Assembly (NCBI GenBank): GCA_044356455.1
Contig: JBIKWF010000024.1
Coordinates: 1-46,164 of the forward strand
DNA: 46,164 nucleotides
Reading direction: 5' to 3'
From: Bdellovibrionota bacterium
GTDB lineage: Bacteria > Bdellovibrionota_C > UBA2361 > JBGSMV01
This document shows, in pieces, positions 35,265 to 43,703 of the stretch. The notes beneath the pieces are model-generated. The model searched no databases, had not been told where the DNA came from, and worked only from the letters and a program-made list of their open reading frames with translations. The position numbers and the translations under genes were made by a program. Positions within the stretch are counted from its first letter, which is position 1. Each line of letters opens with the position of its first letter.

Positions 35265-38200
35265 AGCTTCTCCTTCTCAACGGCCTTTTCCAGAGAAGAG
35301 AGCGGGAATGGAAGTACACTTGCAGCGGACTTAGAAGCCCTACTCTTTTCCGCTTCAGAGCTATCAATATGAGCAGCCAACCTGAGAGCACCGCCAGAAG
35401 TTGCAACCTTTTCCAACGCCTGCCGAATATGCTCCGTCATCGACCAAATCCGAAGCGGCTTTTCAAACAAGCGCACCCGCGGCGTAGGCTCGGAAAGGCT
35501 ATTTTTGAGACGCTCTTCCCAGGTACTCATATTAGCCACGTAGGCTAAAACGCGCGCACCTGAGTGTTTCTTAAGCACCTCCGCCACGAGCTCTTCTGCG
35601 TGCACCCCTACTCTATCAAGATCCATGACAAGCACTGCGGGTTCAGGCTGCATCTGACCAACGAGCTGCACCACGCGGTCGCGAGATACGGGAACCGAAA
35701 CGATGGTGCCAGGGGCTTCAACTGAAGCCCGCAGAGAAAATGCGATGGCGTGATCGATCTCAAACAGAACCACATTCGAAATCACCCGAACACGAGATTC
35801 AGGATCTCCCTGCGACAGCTCTGCTGTTTTTTGAACCACTGCCGGCAAATAAAGCGAAAAGGTAGTTCCCCGCCCAAGCTGACTCCTCGCGGTAATTACG
35901 CCATCGTGCTGTTTCATGATGGAATAGGCAGAAGAAAGTCCTAGCCCCGAGCCTCCAAAACCAAGGCCTGTTCGCGTATCGGCGTTTTTCGTCGTAAAGA
36001 AAGGTTCGAAGCACCTGGCCAGGCTTTCTGGCGTCATGCCGGCCCCGTTATCTTCAACCTCGACTCTCAAATACACCCCAGGAGCCAGCTCAGGATCCAC
36101 CTCTCCAGAGCGCACCCGTACTCGCTTTGCCACCACTTTCACCTTGCCATCAGATTTCCCCTCAAGAGCCTCCTTGGAGTTCATGAGAAGATTTGTCACT
36201 ACCTGCTGCATCTGAGAAGAATCTGCCACAACCTGGGGGCAGTCCTCAGCAAGGTCGTATTCAAGTGCGATGGGAGAACCAAGAATAGAACGATAGAGCT
36301 CACGCGACTCAAGCAGAAACTGTTTGAGGGTAAGGGTCTCGGGGGAATAACCGCCCTGCATGGAGAAACTGAAGAGCTGCTTCACTAGCGCTGCTCCGCG
36401 CGTAGAAGCCTCAGCAATCATCTTCGCCGCCGACACAATACGCGCATCCCCGGAGGCCTGCATCTCAATCAGAGAAGCCTGCCCCATCACTGCCTGCAAC
36501 AAATTGTTAAAATTATGCGCCACGCCTGACGCAAGAAGACCTGCCATGCGCATCTTGTCCGCATCCGCCATGCGCGCTTCAAATTTGCGGGCCAAAATGA
36601 CCGTGGCGATTTCTGTCGCCATGCTGTTAAGAAGCGGAAGCTTGCGCTGAACAAAAAATCCAGAGGGGACAGCGGGTTCAACTACAAGCACCCCAACTAC
36701 TTGCCCTAAGGAAACAAGTGGCACCACCACAATAGTGCCGCAGTTCAGGCGAGCGAGCACCTTTCCAAGATCGCCACACTCCACTTCGGTTCGAGGATCA
36801 ACCACCACCGGCGTGCGCTTGGCGATGGCTTGATCAAGAAAATCCCCTCGCACATTAAGTTCTATCTGGAGATCGATTAGGTGCTTTCTGATTCCTGGCC
36901 CGACGCCCCCTGTGCCCGTAAGGTGCGAACCGCGGTTGTTCATCACGCCAAGCCACATACGCTTACAGGCAATTTCTTCTTGAATGGCCGGGAACGCATG
37001 CTCCGCGACCTCTTTAAGCGTCATCTGCTTCGAGAGCTCATGGCTCAAGCGATACAGCGCAGAGAGAGAACTTGATTGGCGCTTCTCCGCGGCAAAGAGC
37101 TCAGCTTGCCGGGCCGCAAGCGCAATCTGCGAACAAGCTGCAGAAACTAAATCGTAATCTTCATTTGAGTAGCGGCTCTCATCTCTTCTAAAGAGAACCA
37201 TGACGCCAAGCACATGCTCTTCGAATACTAGAGGCATGATAATGGTCGCATGAAGTCCTTCGTGCTTGGCAAGTTCAACCGCGGCACGGGGTTCTTGCTG
37301 AATATCCTGGAGAAGCACGCCCTCCCTACGCTCAACGGCGTCATGTGCCAGTGTCTTCTTCCCAATGATCTTTCCAATCTCTTCTATATAGCGACTCGAC
37401 AAGCCCTCTGCGGCAACCACTTCGAGCTGCCCTGAGGAGGCATCAACAAGTCCGCCGAACCCACACTCGCTACTGGTCGCCTTGAGCAGCGCACGCAGCC
37501 CCTTAAGTGCAACCACACTCGGATCAAGATTGAGCTCAAGAGAACGAGCGACTTCATAGAGAGCCTCGATTCTCTTTCCTTGAGCCTTTGACTGCTCTTC
37601 AGCCAGCCGCTGGGCCGTAATATCAAGAATAAAGCCTTCCCAGCCCGAAGAACCAACAGTATCTCCGAGTACCGCGGTGGCAGGAAAACCACGCACCAAA
37701 AGCCAGCGTGGCTCCGCCGTCTTGGCATGAGCAACTTCTATTTGAAGCGAAAACTCGGAGGGTGGGCTCATGCGAGCCCTCTCAAATAACTCGTGCAAGT
37801 GCTGAGGACGCACGAGCCGTTGCCAAGAACGAGGGCGGGAGACTATCTCTTCTTGAGAAAGTCCGATGAGGTGGAGGGTATCTCCCTCGATACTAGAGAA
37901 AGAAAGGTCTTGCTCGGCTCGTACGATAAGAATTTCACCAAACTCCATGATGCGCCGATAGAGCGCATTCCTTTGGTCAAGGGATGTTCCCTCAATCGGC
38001 GTCGCTCGTTCGCGCACATCGTGTGTGTGTGCCCCTCCTATTGCGGTAGACTTTTGCCACAGCTCTTCCTGGGAGGTGCTCGCGTATAAAGGTTGTTCCT
38101 GAGGCTCATGGTCCGCTGGCTCAGAATCTTCAGCTTCGGGAACTTCAGCTGAAACATCTTGAGATACATAGTCTGCGGGGTCATCGTCGAGATGCTCACC

Positions 38201-38749
38201 GTCTTCAGACTCGCGAGCGGTGAAATCTGTATAAAAATCGTCCGGCACATGCTCGCGAGACGGCTGGGTTTCGGAAACGAGCGGTGCGGAACTCGCCACC
38301 GGCATCTGTCCGTTTAAGCGGCGCCAATGCAGCGCCAAGAGCTCCGCGGCAATCTCGAGAACCCCAAGGACTTCTGGACGAAGCCGCACAAACCTTGAGA
38401 ACGAGGCGCCCTGAATGACTGCAACAAAACTTCCCTCGAGGAACACAGGCACCAGCACATAAGAACGCACCCCCCATTCCAAGAGACGTTCTCTGACTAA
38501 AGGAGCGAGCTGCTGGCGCTCGATATCGCTCGCGACAAGTGGCATGCGTATCTCATGCCCGGCAATAGAAACACCTCCCGCGTCAATAGAAACTTCATCA
38601 GGGGCTGTCTCTGGGGATAAGATTCTTATCTGCTCAAGCTCAAGCTGCTGAGAGAGAAACGCGGCGAGGACACTACTGGCCTCTTCTTGGGTGGATGCAG
38701 CAGAGAGTTTTCTCCGCACCTCAGTCCATGTCGCGTTTGTTTCCGTCAC
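35261..38749 (-). CDS. Cytoplasmic hybrid histidine kinase (GAF-PAS-GAF-GAF-HisKA-HATPase-receiver-like)
   Basis: H-box LASGVAHNFNNLL, QVVTNLLMNSKEA, EDNGAGM, FEPFFTTK, GSGLGLS; GAF motifs (PLVFEEHVLGVM, PLVSLGQVVGVL); C-terminal VLVMD...EKP; no TM. Confidence 0.93.
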   Translation of the reverse strand: MTETNATWTEVRRKLSAASTQEEASSVLAAFLSQQLELEQIRILSPETAPDEVSIDAGGVSIAGHEIRMPLVASDIERQQLAPLVRERLLEWGVRSYVLVPVFLEGSFVAVIQGASFSRFVRLRPEVLGVLEIAAELLALHWRRLNGQMPVASSAPLVSETQPSREHVPDDFYTDFTARESEDGEHLDDDPADYVSQDVSAEVPEAEDSEPADHEPQEQPLYASTSQEELWQKSTAIGGAHTHDVRERATPIEGTSLDQRNALYRRIMEFGEILIVRAEQDLSFSSIEGDTLHLIGLSQEEIVSRPRSWQRLVRPQHLHELFERARMSPPSEFSLQIEVAHAKTAEPRWLLVRGFPATAVLGDTVGSSGWEGFILDITAQRLAEEQSKAQGKRIEALYEVARSLELNLDPSVVALKGLRALLKATSSECGFGGLVDASSGQLEVVAAEGLSSRYIEEIGKIIGKKTLAHDAVERREGVLLQDIQQEPRAAVELAKHEGLHATIIMPLVFEEHVLGVMVLFRRDESRYSNEDYDLVSAACSQIALAARQAELFAAEKRQSSSLSALYRLSHELSKQMTLKEVAEHAFPAIQEEIACKRMWLGVMNNRGSHLTGTGGVGPGIRKHLIDLQIELNVRGDFLDQAIAKRTPVVVDPRTEVECGDLGKVLARLNCGTIVVVPLVSLGQVVGVLVVEPAVPSGFFVQRKLPLLNSMATEIATVILARKFEARMADADKMRMAGLLASGVAHNFNNLLQAVMGQASLIEMQASGDARIVSAAKMIAEASTRGAALVKQLFSFSMQGGYSPETLTLKQFLLESRELYRSILGSPIALEYDLAEDCPQVVADSSQMQQVVTNLLMNSKEALEGKSDGKVKVVAKRVRVRSGEVDPELAPGVYLRVEVEDNGAGMTPESLARCFEPFFTTKNADTRTGLGFGGSGLGLSSAYSIMKQHDGVITARSQLGRGTTFSLYLPAVVQKTAELSQGDPESRVRVISNVVLFEIDHAIAFSLRASVEAPGTIVSVPVSRDRVVQLVGQMQPEPAVLVMDLDRVGVHAEELVAEVLKKHSGARVLAYVANMSTWEERLKNSLSEPTPRVRLFEKPLRIWSMTEHIRQALEKVATSGGALRLAAHIDSSEAEKSRASKSAASVLPFPLSSLEKAVEKEKL

Positions 38750-39564
38750 GTTGAATTCGTCTTCGATAAATCGTTCCGCTCTACAATCACCACGCGCGCG
38801 CTTCGCACTCGGCGCGCAAGGTCCTGCATCACAAGGGCCTCATGAAGCGAGCGTCTAGCTCCCTTCACGTGAGGATCTCCCTCGTCTTCTCGGTGTTCCC
38901 GGCGGACCTCATCGGCCGACATGGACAACTCCCGATAAAACGCGCGGCGATTGAGCAGGTACTCGAATACGCCCAAAACCATCAGCACTGCGGCGCTTGC
39001 GGCAAGCACTGAGATAAGCGCTGAGGCGAACCACTCTGCACGAACCTGACCCGCTACCGCGAGCCCGCCCATACTGAGCTGGGTAATGCCCTCTGCTACC
39101 ACTCGAGAAACAGTCAATCCCAAAACCCAAACAAGCAACGCGAGCTGCACCACCGTGCGCCAGCCTCTTGCAAGTCCCGACCAAATACGACCAAATCCTG
39201 AAACTGGATTGCATCGCTCGGGATTAAAACCAACGCCCTCAGGTTCGAACGTAACTCCAACTTGAAGCGCTTCCACTAGAATTGCGATTACCGCCCCGGC
39301 ACCTAAACTCCCGCCTACAAGAAGCACAAGCTCTGCAAGAAAGGACCGAGAACAGTACTCTAGATGGGAAGCCCCCTCGATAAAACAATAGTTTATCAAG
39401 TTAGCATTCCTTACCCAACTATACCGAATAAGGCCGAGAAGAGCCCCAGAAACTGCCATAAGTACAGCCACTTGCGATAGTAGCTGACTTTTGAGTACCT
39501 GCCCTTTTCGGCGTGCCTCTAAAACTCGCTTCGGGGTGGGGTGAAATCCCTTATCTTCTGCCAT
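38746..39564 (-). CDS. SctU/FlhB export switch protein, N-terminal part only (TM plus CN; no NPTH)
   Basis: EDK..HPTPKRVLEARRKGQVLKS, RCNPVSGFGRI, LSMSADEVRREHREDEGDPHVKGARR; ends SARVVIVERNDLSKTNST. Confidence 0.9.
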   Translation of the reverse strand: MAEDKGFHPTPKRVLEARRKGQVLKSQLLSQVAVLMAVSGALLGLIRYSWVRNANLINYCFIEGASHLEYCSRSFLAELVLLVGGSLGAGAVIAILVEALQVGVTFEPEGVGFNPERCNPVSGFGRIWSGLARGWRTVVQLALLVWVLGLTVSRVVAEGITQLSMGGLAVAGQVRAEWFASALISVLAASAAVLMVLGVFEYLLNRRAFYRELSMSADEVRREHREDEGDPHVKGARRSLHEALVMQDLARRVRSARVVIVERNDLSKTNST

Positions 39565-39573
39565 AGAGACCCC

Positions 39574-40386
39574 TTAGAAGGCTCCTAAGGCATGCGGCTG
39601 TGCTGCATGGAAGAGGCTTTGCTCCAAACCGAGACGCCACCACATGAGCGCCGCCGCAAAAAGGACTGCACTCTTTAGCAAAAAGCTTTCATGAGAGAAG
39701 CCACCTTGCGGAAGAAACTTTGCTACCAACGCAAGAGCCACCTCAATTACGGCACCGATTACCGCGAGAGGGAAGGCCGCGTTAGTTACGACATCGAGAC
39801 TTCCCAGCACGGCTCTGAACGTCTGCATCGCACCCTCTTGGAGTTTCGAAAGAGAAAGACCTCCGACCGGAAGTACGTCAAAACTTCGCGCGTACGCCTG
39901 CACCAACGCTTCCCCCAGTCCCAGCACAAGAATGGAGGCAAGGACAAGCGAACGAACTAACGTCACAAGGCCCGTTTCCTGCCGCTCAGTAAGCGGATCA
40001 AAAAACGTGGCCGTGGTCTGGCCGCGCACCCCGTCGACAATCTCCGCCCACATTGAAGCTGCGTTCACTACAAGTGCTGCGGGAAGGCCCAAAAAAAGTC
40101 CCAAAAGAAATTCTCCAAGAATCCCGCCCAAGCTAAGATCTTGAAAGGGGACCAAAGGGACTGAAACCGAGTCTCCCATGGCTGCGGCCTCCACACTTGA
40201 TGCCTGAGGGAGAACTCCGCCAAAAGCAAGTGCGAGTCCAACCGCGAACGAAACTCTAAGCACTGCGATTTGCGGCAATGAAGTAAACGGAACCATCGCC
40301 ACGAGCCCAAGGGCTCGGCTCGCTGCCATAGCGAGCCCAGGGAGCAATGGAGTAATCTCGCCTAGGAGTGTGTCCCGTAGAAACAT
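39574..40386 (-). CDS. SctT/FliR export gate protein; current start codon lies inside a MITE
   Basis: SRALG..AMVPF, GEFLLGLFLG, EIVDGVRGQTTATFFDP (SctT-like D..RG motif), about six TMs; lies between sctS and sctU. Confidence 0.85.
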   Translation of the reverse strand: MFLRDTLLGEITPLLPGLAMAASRALGLVAMVPFTSLPQIAVLRVSFAVGLALAFGGVLPQASSVEAAAMGDSVSVPLVPFQDLSLGGILGEFLLGLFLGLPAALVVNAASMWAEIVDGVRGQTTATFFDPLTERQETGLVTLVRSLVLASILVLGLGEALVQAYARSFDVLPVGGLSLSKLQEGAMQTFRAVLGSLDVVTNAAFPLAVIGAVIEVALALVAKFLPQGGFSHESFLLKSAVLFAAALMWWRLGLEQSLFHAAQPHALGAF

Positions 40387-40475
40387 AAATCCTCATTTTG
40401 GACACAATCCGTAGGGGGGCTGTCCCGTTGCCACCACAACATGTAGTGGTAGAATTTTTCTACGGGACAGACTCC
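40365..40475. mobile_element. Family B 111-bp MITE inserted in the 5' end of sctT
   Basis: 19-bp TIRs GGAGTGTGTCCCGTAGAAA / TTTCTACGGGACAGACTCC (one mismatch) with a TA duplication; nearly identical to 45867-45977. Confidence 0.92.
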
Positions 40476-40483
40476 TAAAAGTG

Positions 40484-40747
40484 TCATGGCATTTTCCCAA
40501 GGTACGAGATGCTCGCCAACATCTGCTGCAAAAAGCCCACGAGCTCCCCCCAGAACCAGCCACCACAAAGGGCAAAAACTCCGCAGACTGAGAGAAATCG
40601 CACGGCGAACCCAATGCTCTGCTCCTGAATCTGCGTCAGCGTTTGAAGGAGAGAAACAACAAAGCCAGCAACGCAGCTTGCAGCGAGCGGAATGCCGCTC
40701 ACCAGAGCAACCACAACAAACGCTTTGGTAAGATAGAGATCAAACAT
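40484..40747 (-). CDS. SctS/FliQ export gate protein
   Basis: 87 aa from ATG 40747; P.....AGFVVSLLQTLTQIQEQSIGFAVR motif. Confidence 0.92.
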   Translation of the reverse strand: MFDLYLTKAFVVVALVSGIPLAASCVAGFVVSLLQTLTQIQEQSIGFAVRFLSVCGVFALCGGWFWGELVGFLQQMLASISYLGKMP

Positions 40748-40754
40748 ACCACGC

Positions 40755-41462
40755 TCAGAGATAAGACTGCAGGAGCCCCTTCGCCAGAAGCAGCCAGCCG
40801 TCAGCCACGACAAAAAGAACTAGCTTCAAGGGCAGAGAAACCATGACAGGACTCACCATCATCATCCCCATTCCCACCAGCACATTCGCAACAATCAAGT
40901 CGATCACAAGAAACGGCAGCAGCAACACAAAACCCATGGCGAATGCTTCTTTTAGCTCCGTAAGCACAAACGCAGGAAGAAGAGCGCTAAGCGGAATACT
41001 CTCAGGCGCGGGAGCTTCCTTAAATTCCAAAGCGGAAGGCGCTTCTTCTTTAGGCTGCTCAGAACGCGCGTGTGTTTGGCGCGCCGCAAGATCAGTAAGA
41101 ACTCTAAGCTCACGACTACCACTATGCGCCAAGAGAAACGTACGAAAAGGAGCAAGCGCCGGGGTAAGCGCAGAGAAACCAGCCAAGGTTGGCGTCTCCA
41201 TCAAGCTTTGGAGCTTCTTCTCATCAAGAGCTTTTACACTCTCATCAAGCACTGGGCCCATGGTGTAAAGCGTGAGAGAAAGAGAAAGCGCCATAATCAC
41301 AAGCCCGCTCGGTACTTGCTGGGTACCAAGCGCACTCCTAAGAAGTCCAAGAACCACACTAATCTTCACGTAGGCAGTAAAGAGACCAAGAACTATTGGG
41401 ATAGCCGCAAAGGCCGCCGCAACAAGTACAAGCCATACGGGATGCATTGTTTGGCTTAACAT
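40755..41462 (-). CDS. SctR/FliP export gate protein (injectisome-type residues)
   Basis: TAYVKISVVLGLLRSALGTQQVP, LLPAFVLTELKEAF, LPFLVIDLIVANVL..MGMMMVSP..VSLPLKL.LFV..DGW; no FliP-type cleavable leader. Confidence 0.95.
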   Translation of the reverse strand: MLSQTMHPVWLVLVAAAFAAIPIVLGLFTAYVKISVVLGLLRSALGTQQVPSGLVIMALSLSLTLYTMGPVLDESVKALDEKKLQSLMETPTLAGFSALTPALAPFRTFLLAHSGSRELRVLTDLAARQTHARSEQPKEEAPSALEFKEAPAPESIPLSALLPAFVLTELKEAFAMGFVLLLPFLVIDLIVANVLVGMGMMMVSPVMVSLPLKLVLFVVADGWLLLAKGLLQSYL

Positions 41463-41908
41463 AAGACCATCCTTGGCTCCCCGCCGCTTTCAGACTGCGC
41501 CCTCTGCGTTTCTTCAAGGTTTTGCGGCGCTCGTATCGATGACTGACTTCGAACGTGCGTGCTCGAAAACTCCCCCAAAGAGCAAATGCCTGAGGGCGAG
41601 CAGGCAATCAGAAGTTCTCTCTGGTCCATGGTTACGAGCACAAGGCGCTGCCCCTTCTCAAGAGAAAGTGATTCTATCAACTTGAGCCTAGCCGAGGGAC
41701 GCCGAGAGTCTCTTTGCCTGCGAAGAACTACGCGCGAAAGCAGCCAGAAGACACCAAGCACAAAAAGACTTTTTCCGAAGGCCCCCAGATAATCAGAATC
41801 ACTGAGAGCCGCATCACTGAAAGCCTTCGACGCATCTTGTGCGAGCCCAAGCGTAGGGCACAGCAAGATTCCAAATAGGAGGCGCGAGAAATACAAAACG
41901 TTAGCCAC
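41456..41908 (-). CDS. FliO-like protein
   Basis: Signal/TM segment, TM, then RLKLIESLSLEKGQRLVLVTMDQRELLIACSPSGICSL (FliO cytoplasmic pattern). Directly upstream of sctR; GTG 41908 preferred. Confidence 0.8.
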   Translation of the reverse strand: MANVLYFSRLLFGILLCPTLGLAQDASKAFSDAALSDSDYLGAFGKSLFVLGVFWLLSRVVLRRQRDSRRPSARLKLIESLSLEKGQRLVLVTMDQRELLIACSPSGICSLGEFSSTHVRSQSSIRAPQNLEETQRAQSESGGEPRMVLC

Positions 41909-42968
41909 GACGATCTCCTTTCTGGACTGCCCCCACGTGCGCTCCCGCAACTTTCATTCCTTGACGCTCAATTGAGTTCTTTACTTCCCTGAGCGCACGC
42001 CCCATAAGGTGCTGCTCTGCGAGAGACTCAGGCGCAAGCGAAACCACCGTGCCCTTGTCGGGGAGGTGCGTAAGCTGAACGTTCAATTTGCGACCCTCAG
42101 AGGAAGAGAAGGAAAAAGAGACCCCTGCCCCACGCGAGTCGCTCCAACTCTCAAGCCCGGAGAGACGCTCCGCAAAGTCGCCTGCCTTAACCGAGCTTCC
42201 GTACCCTGCGCTACGCAGCTGCTCTTGAAGGGTGTTCTCTGGTTGAGGCTGCTGCCTTGAAGACTGGCCCGAGGAGTCTTGCGTCCCACCTTCGCCTTGA
42301 CGACTCAAGTGAACTAGGCCAGTTGCTACATTACTTGGATCAATTTCACGCTGCTTCACAGACTCTGGTTGCGTCGCCGAATCCGCCTGCTCAAGCCCCT
42401 GCTTCTCCTTGGTAGCTGCCACCGCTTCAGCACTCGAACGTGTATCCTTTTCAAGGTCCTCCCGGGTAGAAACCGCGGAAAGCTTGACCGTTCCTTCAAC
42501 TTTCTCTTTACCGCTTCGAGCGAGACGAACCGCACCCATAAGCTCATTCACTGCCTGTTCCTGAGAAACTTCCCCAGCCTGGGCCTTTCGTCTCACCAAG
42601 GTAGCGAGAGCTTCCCCAAGCTTGTCAAAGCGCACCTTCCCGGTGGCGAGCTCGGCGAGCGCCTTGCCTTGCGTCTCAGTGAGAACCGCAAGCTTACCCT
42701 GCGCTTGAGTGAGTTCTTTCTTCTCCTGCTGCACACGCTTTAATCCTTCCCGAAGGGCAAGCGACTGTAGCTTGGGGTCCTTTAGTTCACGTGAGTGTGC
42801 GAGGAACTTCTCGCACACGCTCTTAAAGCTGGTTTCTACGCGTTCAGTTTTTGCACGCGATTCCTGGACTTCTCGTCCGATCGCGCTGGCTCTTGTCTCT
42901 AGCCCCCGGAGCTGTATACGCTCGACATCGCGCCGAATCTCAACCCTCTCGAAATCTGAAATTTCCAT
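41901..42968 (-). CDS. Putative FliJ/SctO-like coiled coil fused to a FliK/SctP-like C-terminal domain
   Basis: About 150-aa coiled coil ending RFDKLGE...EVSQEQAVNELM, a Q/S-rich linker, and C-terminal GRKLNVQL...VVSLAPES......LREVKNSIERQGMKV. Confidence 0.6.
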   Translation of the reverse strand: MEISDFERVEIRRDVERIQLRGLETRASAIGREVQESRAKTERVETSFKSVCEKFLAHSRELKDPKLQSLALREGLKRVQQEKKELTQAQGKLAVLTETQGKALAELATGKVRFDKLGEALATLVRRKAQAGEVSQEQAVNELMGAVRLARSGKEKVEGTVKLSAVSTREDLEKDTRSSAEAVAATKEKQGLEQADSATQPESVKQREIDPSNVATGLVHLSRQGEGGTQDSSGQSSRQQPQPENTLQEQLRSAGYGSSVKAGDFAERLSGLESWSDSRGAGVSFSFSSSEGRKLNVQLTHLPDKGTVVSLAPESLAEQHLMGRALREVKNSIERQGMKVAGAHVGAVQKGDRRG

Positions 42969-42980
42969 TTGCCGCTCTCG

Positions 42981-43331
42981 TTATGGTTGGCTTTGCAGTT
43001 TACGAAGAGTTCCAAGCAAGCTCTCTGCGACCTTCGATACGAGCTCTACTCGCATGTTAAATTGACCGGCTTTAATTTGATAAAGCAGCAGCTCTCGTGC
43101 ATCAAAGGCGCCGCCCCCAAGAGCTTTCTGCTGAAGGGCGCCTAGTTCTTTGTGGAGATTGTTCGAGAAGGGGTCTTTGGAGCTTGGAGATGCGGCAATC
43201 TTCTCGAACAGCTCCCTAAAGCCCTGAGCAGAACCTGAATGTGGCGTGGTAGGCTTTGGGCCAGGGGCCTGTATTCCCTGTGACCCTGAAAAGGATTGAG
43301 ACACGGCAAGTGGTTGAATTGATGAGGTCAT
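42981..43331 (-). CDS. SctI (EscI/YscI/HrpB2-like) inner-rod-type protein
   Basis: 116 aa from ATG 43331 (AGGGG upstream); disordered N-terminus and C-terminal ELLLYQIKAGQFNMRVELVSKVAESLLGTLRKLQSQ. Confidence 0.6.
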   Translation of the reverse strand: MTSSIQPLAVSQSFSGSQGIQAPGPKPTTPHSGSAQGFRELFEKIAASPSSKDPFSNNLHKELGALQQKALGGGAFDARELLLYQIKAGQFNMRVELVSKVAESLLGTLRKLQSQP

Positions 43332-43430
43332 GAGCGCCCCTTTTCCCTGTGTTGAGCTTCTTCGCGCTACCCTCATCGGAAATTTGAGCCAAAAGTTTCC
43401 TGTGGGAGAGAAAATATTTCATTTTCTCTA

Positions 43431-43679
43431 ATGAGAGTTTTTGCGAAGCTACGGGAATACATGCTGTCGCATGAGGAGCCTTCAAAGAAAATCGAAAGTC
43501 TCGAACGCCGACAGGGCGCTCAGTTCAGTGTGGTTTTCAATAGCATTCGAGAGCTGACAACTGCAAAACTGAGGGATCTCATTCAGGTGCCACCCAAAAA
43601 TCGCTCGTCCGTTCTCGGCAGGAATTGTTTGTTAGCCGGCCTAAGCAACTTTCCCGTAAAATTAGCGATTAAGTTATAG
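43431..43679 (+). pseudogene. Fragment of an ORF6N-family gene (C-terminal half only)
   Basis: MRVFAKLREYMLSHEEPSKKIESLERR..AQFSVVFNSIREL aligns with MRAFVSMREALSTHLELSGKLEQLEYR...EIAALFEAIKQL of the next gene. The DNA-binding N-domain is absent. Confidence 0.7.
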
Positions 43680-43703
43680 AATATATGCCTTGAATTTTTA
43701 AAA

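Noticed and set aside
40362..40614. ORF-track entries spanning MITE copies (40362-40568, 40393-40614, also 5926-6129, 45768-45995, 45895-46107)
   Set aside because: Their shared peptides (e.g. RDSPPTDCVQNEDLCFYGTHS) are simply translations of the repeat.
38746..42968. Calling the cluster an ordinary flagellar fliOPQR-flhB operon
   Set aside because: Gate proteins carry injectisome-type residues, FlhB lacks NPTH and CC, an SctI-like gene leads the operon, and flhA and fliLMN are not adjacent. Gene symbols were left blank pending phylogeny.
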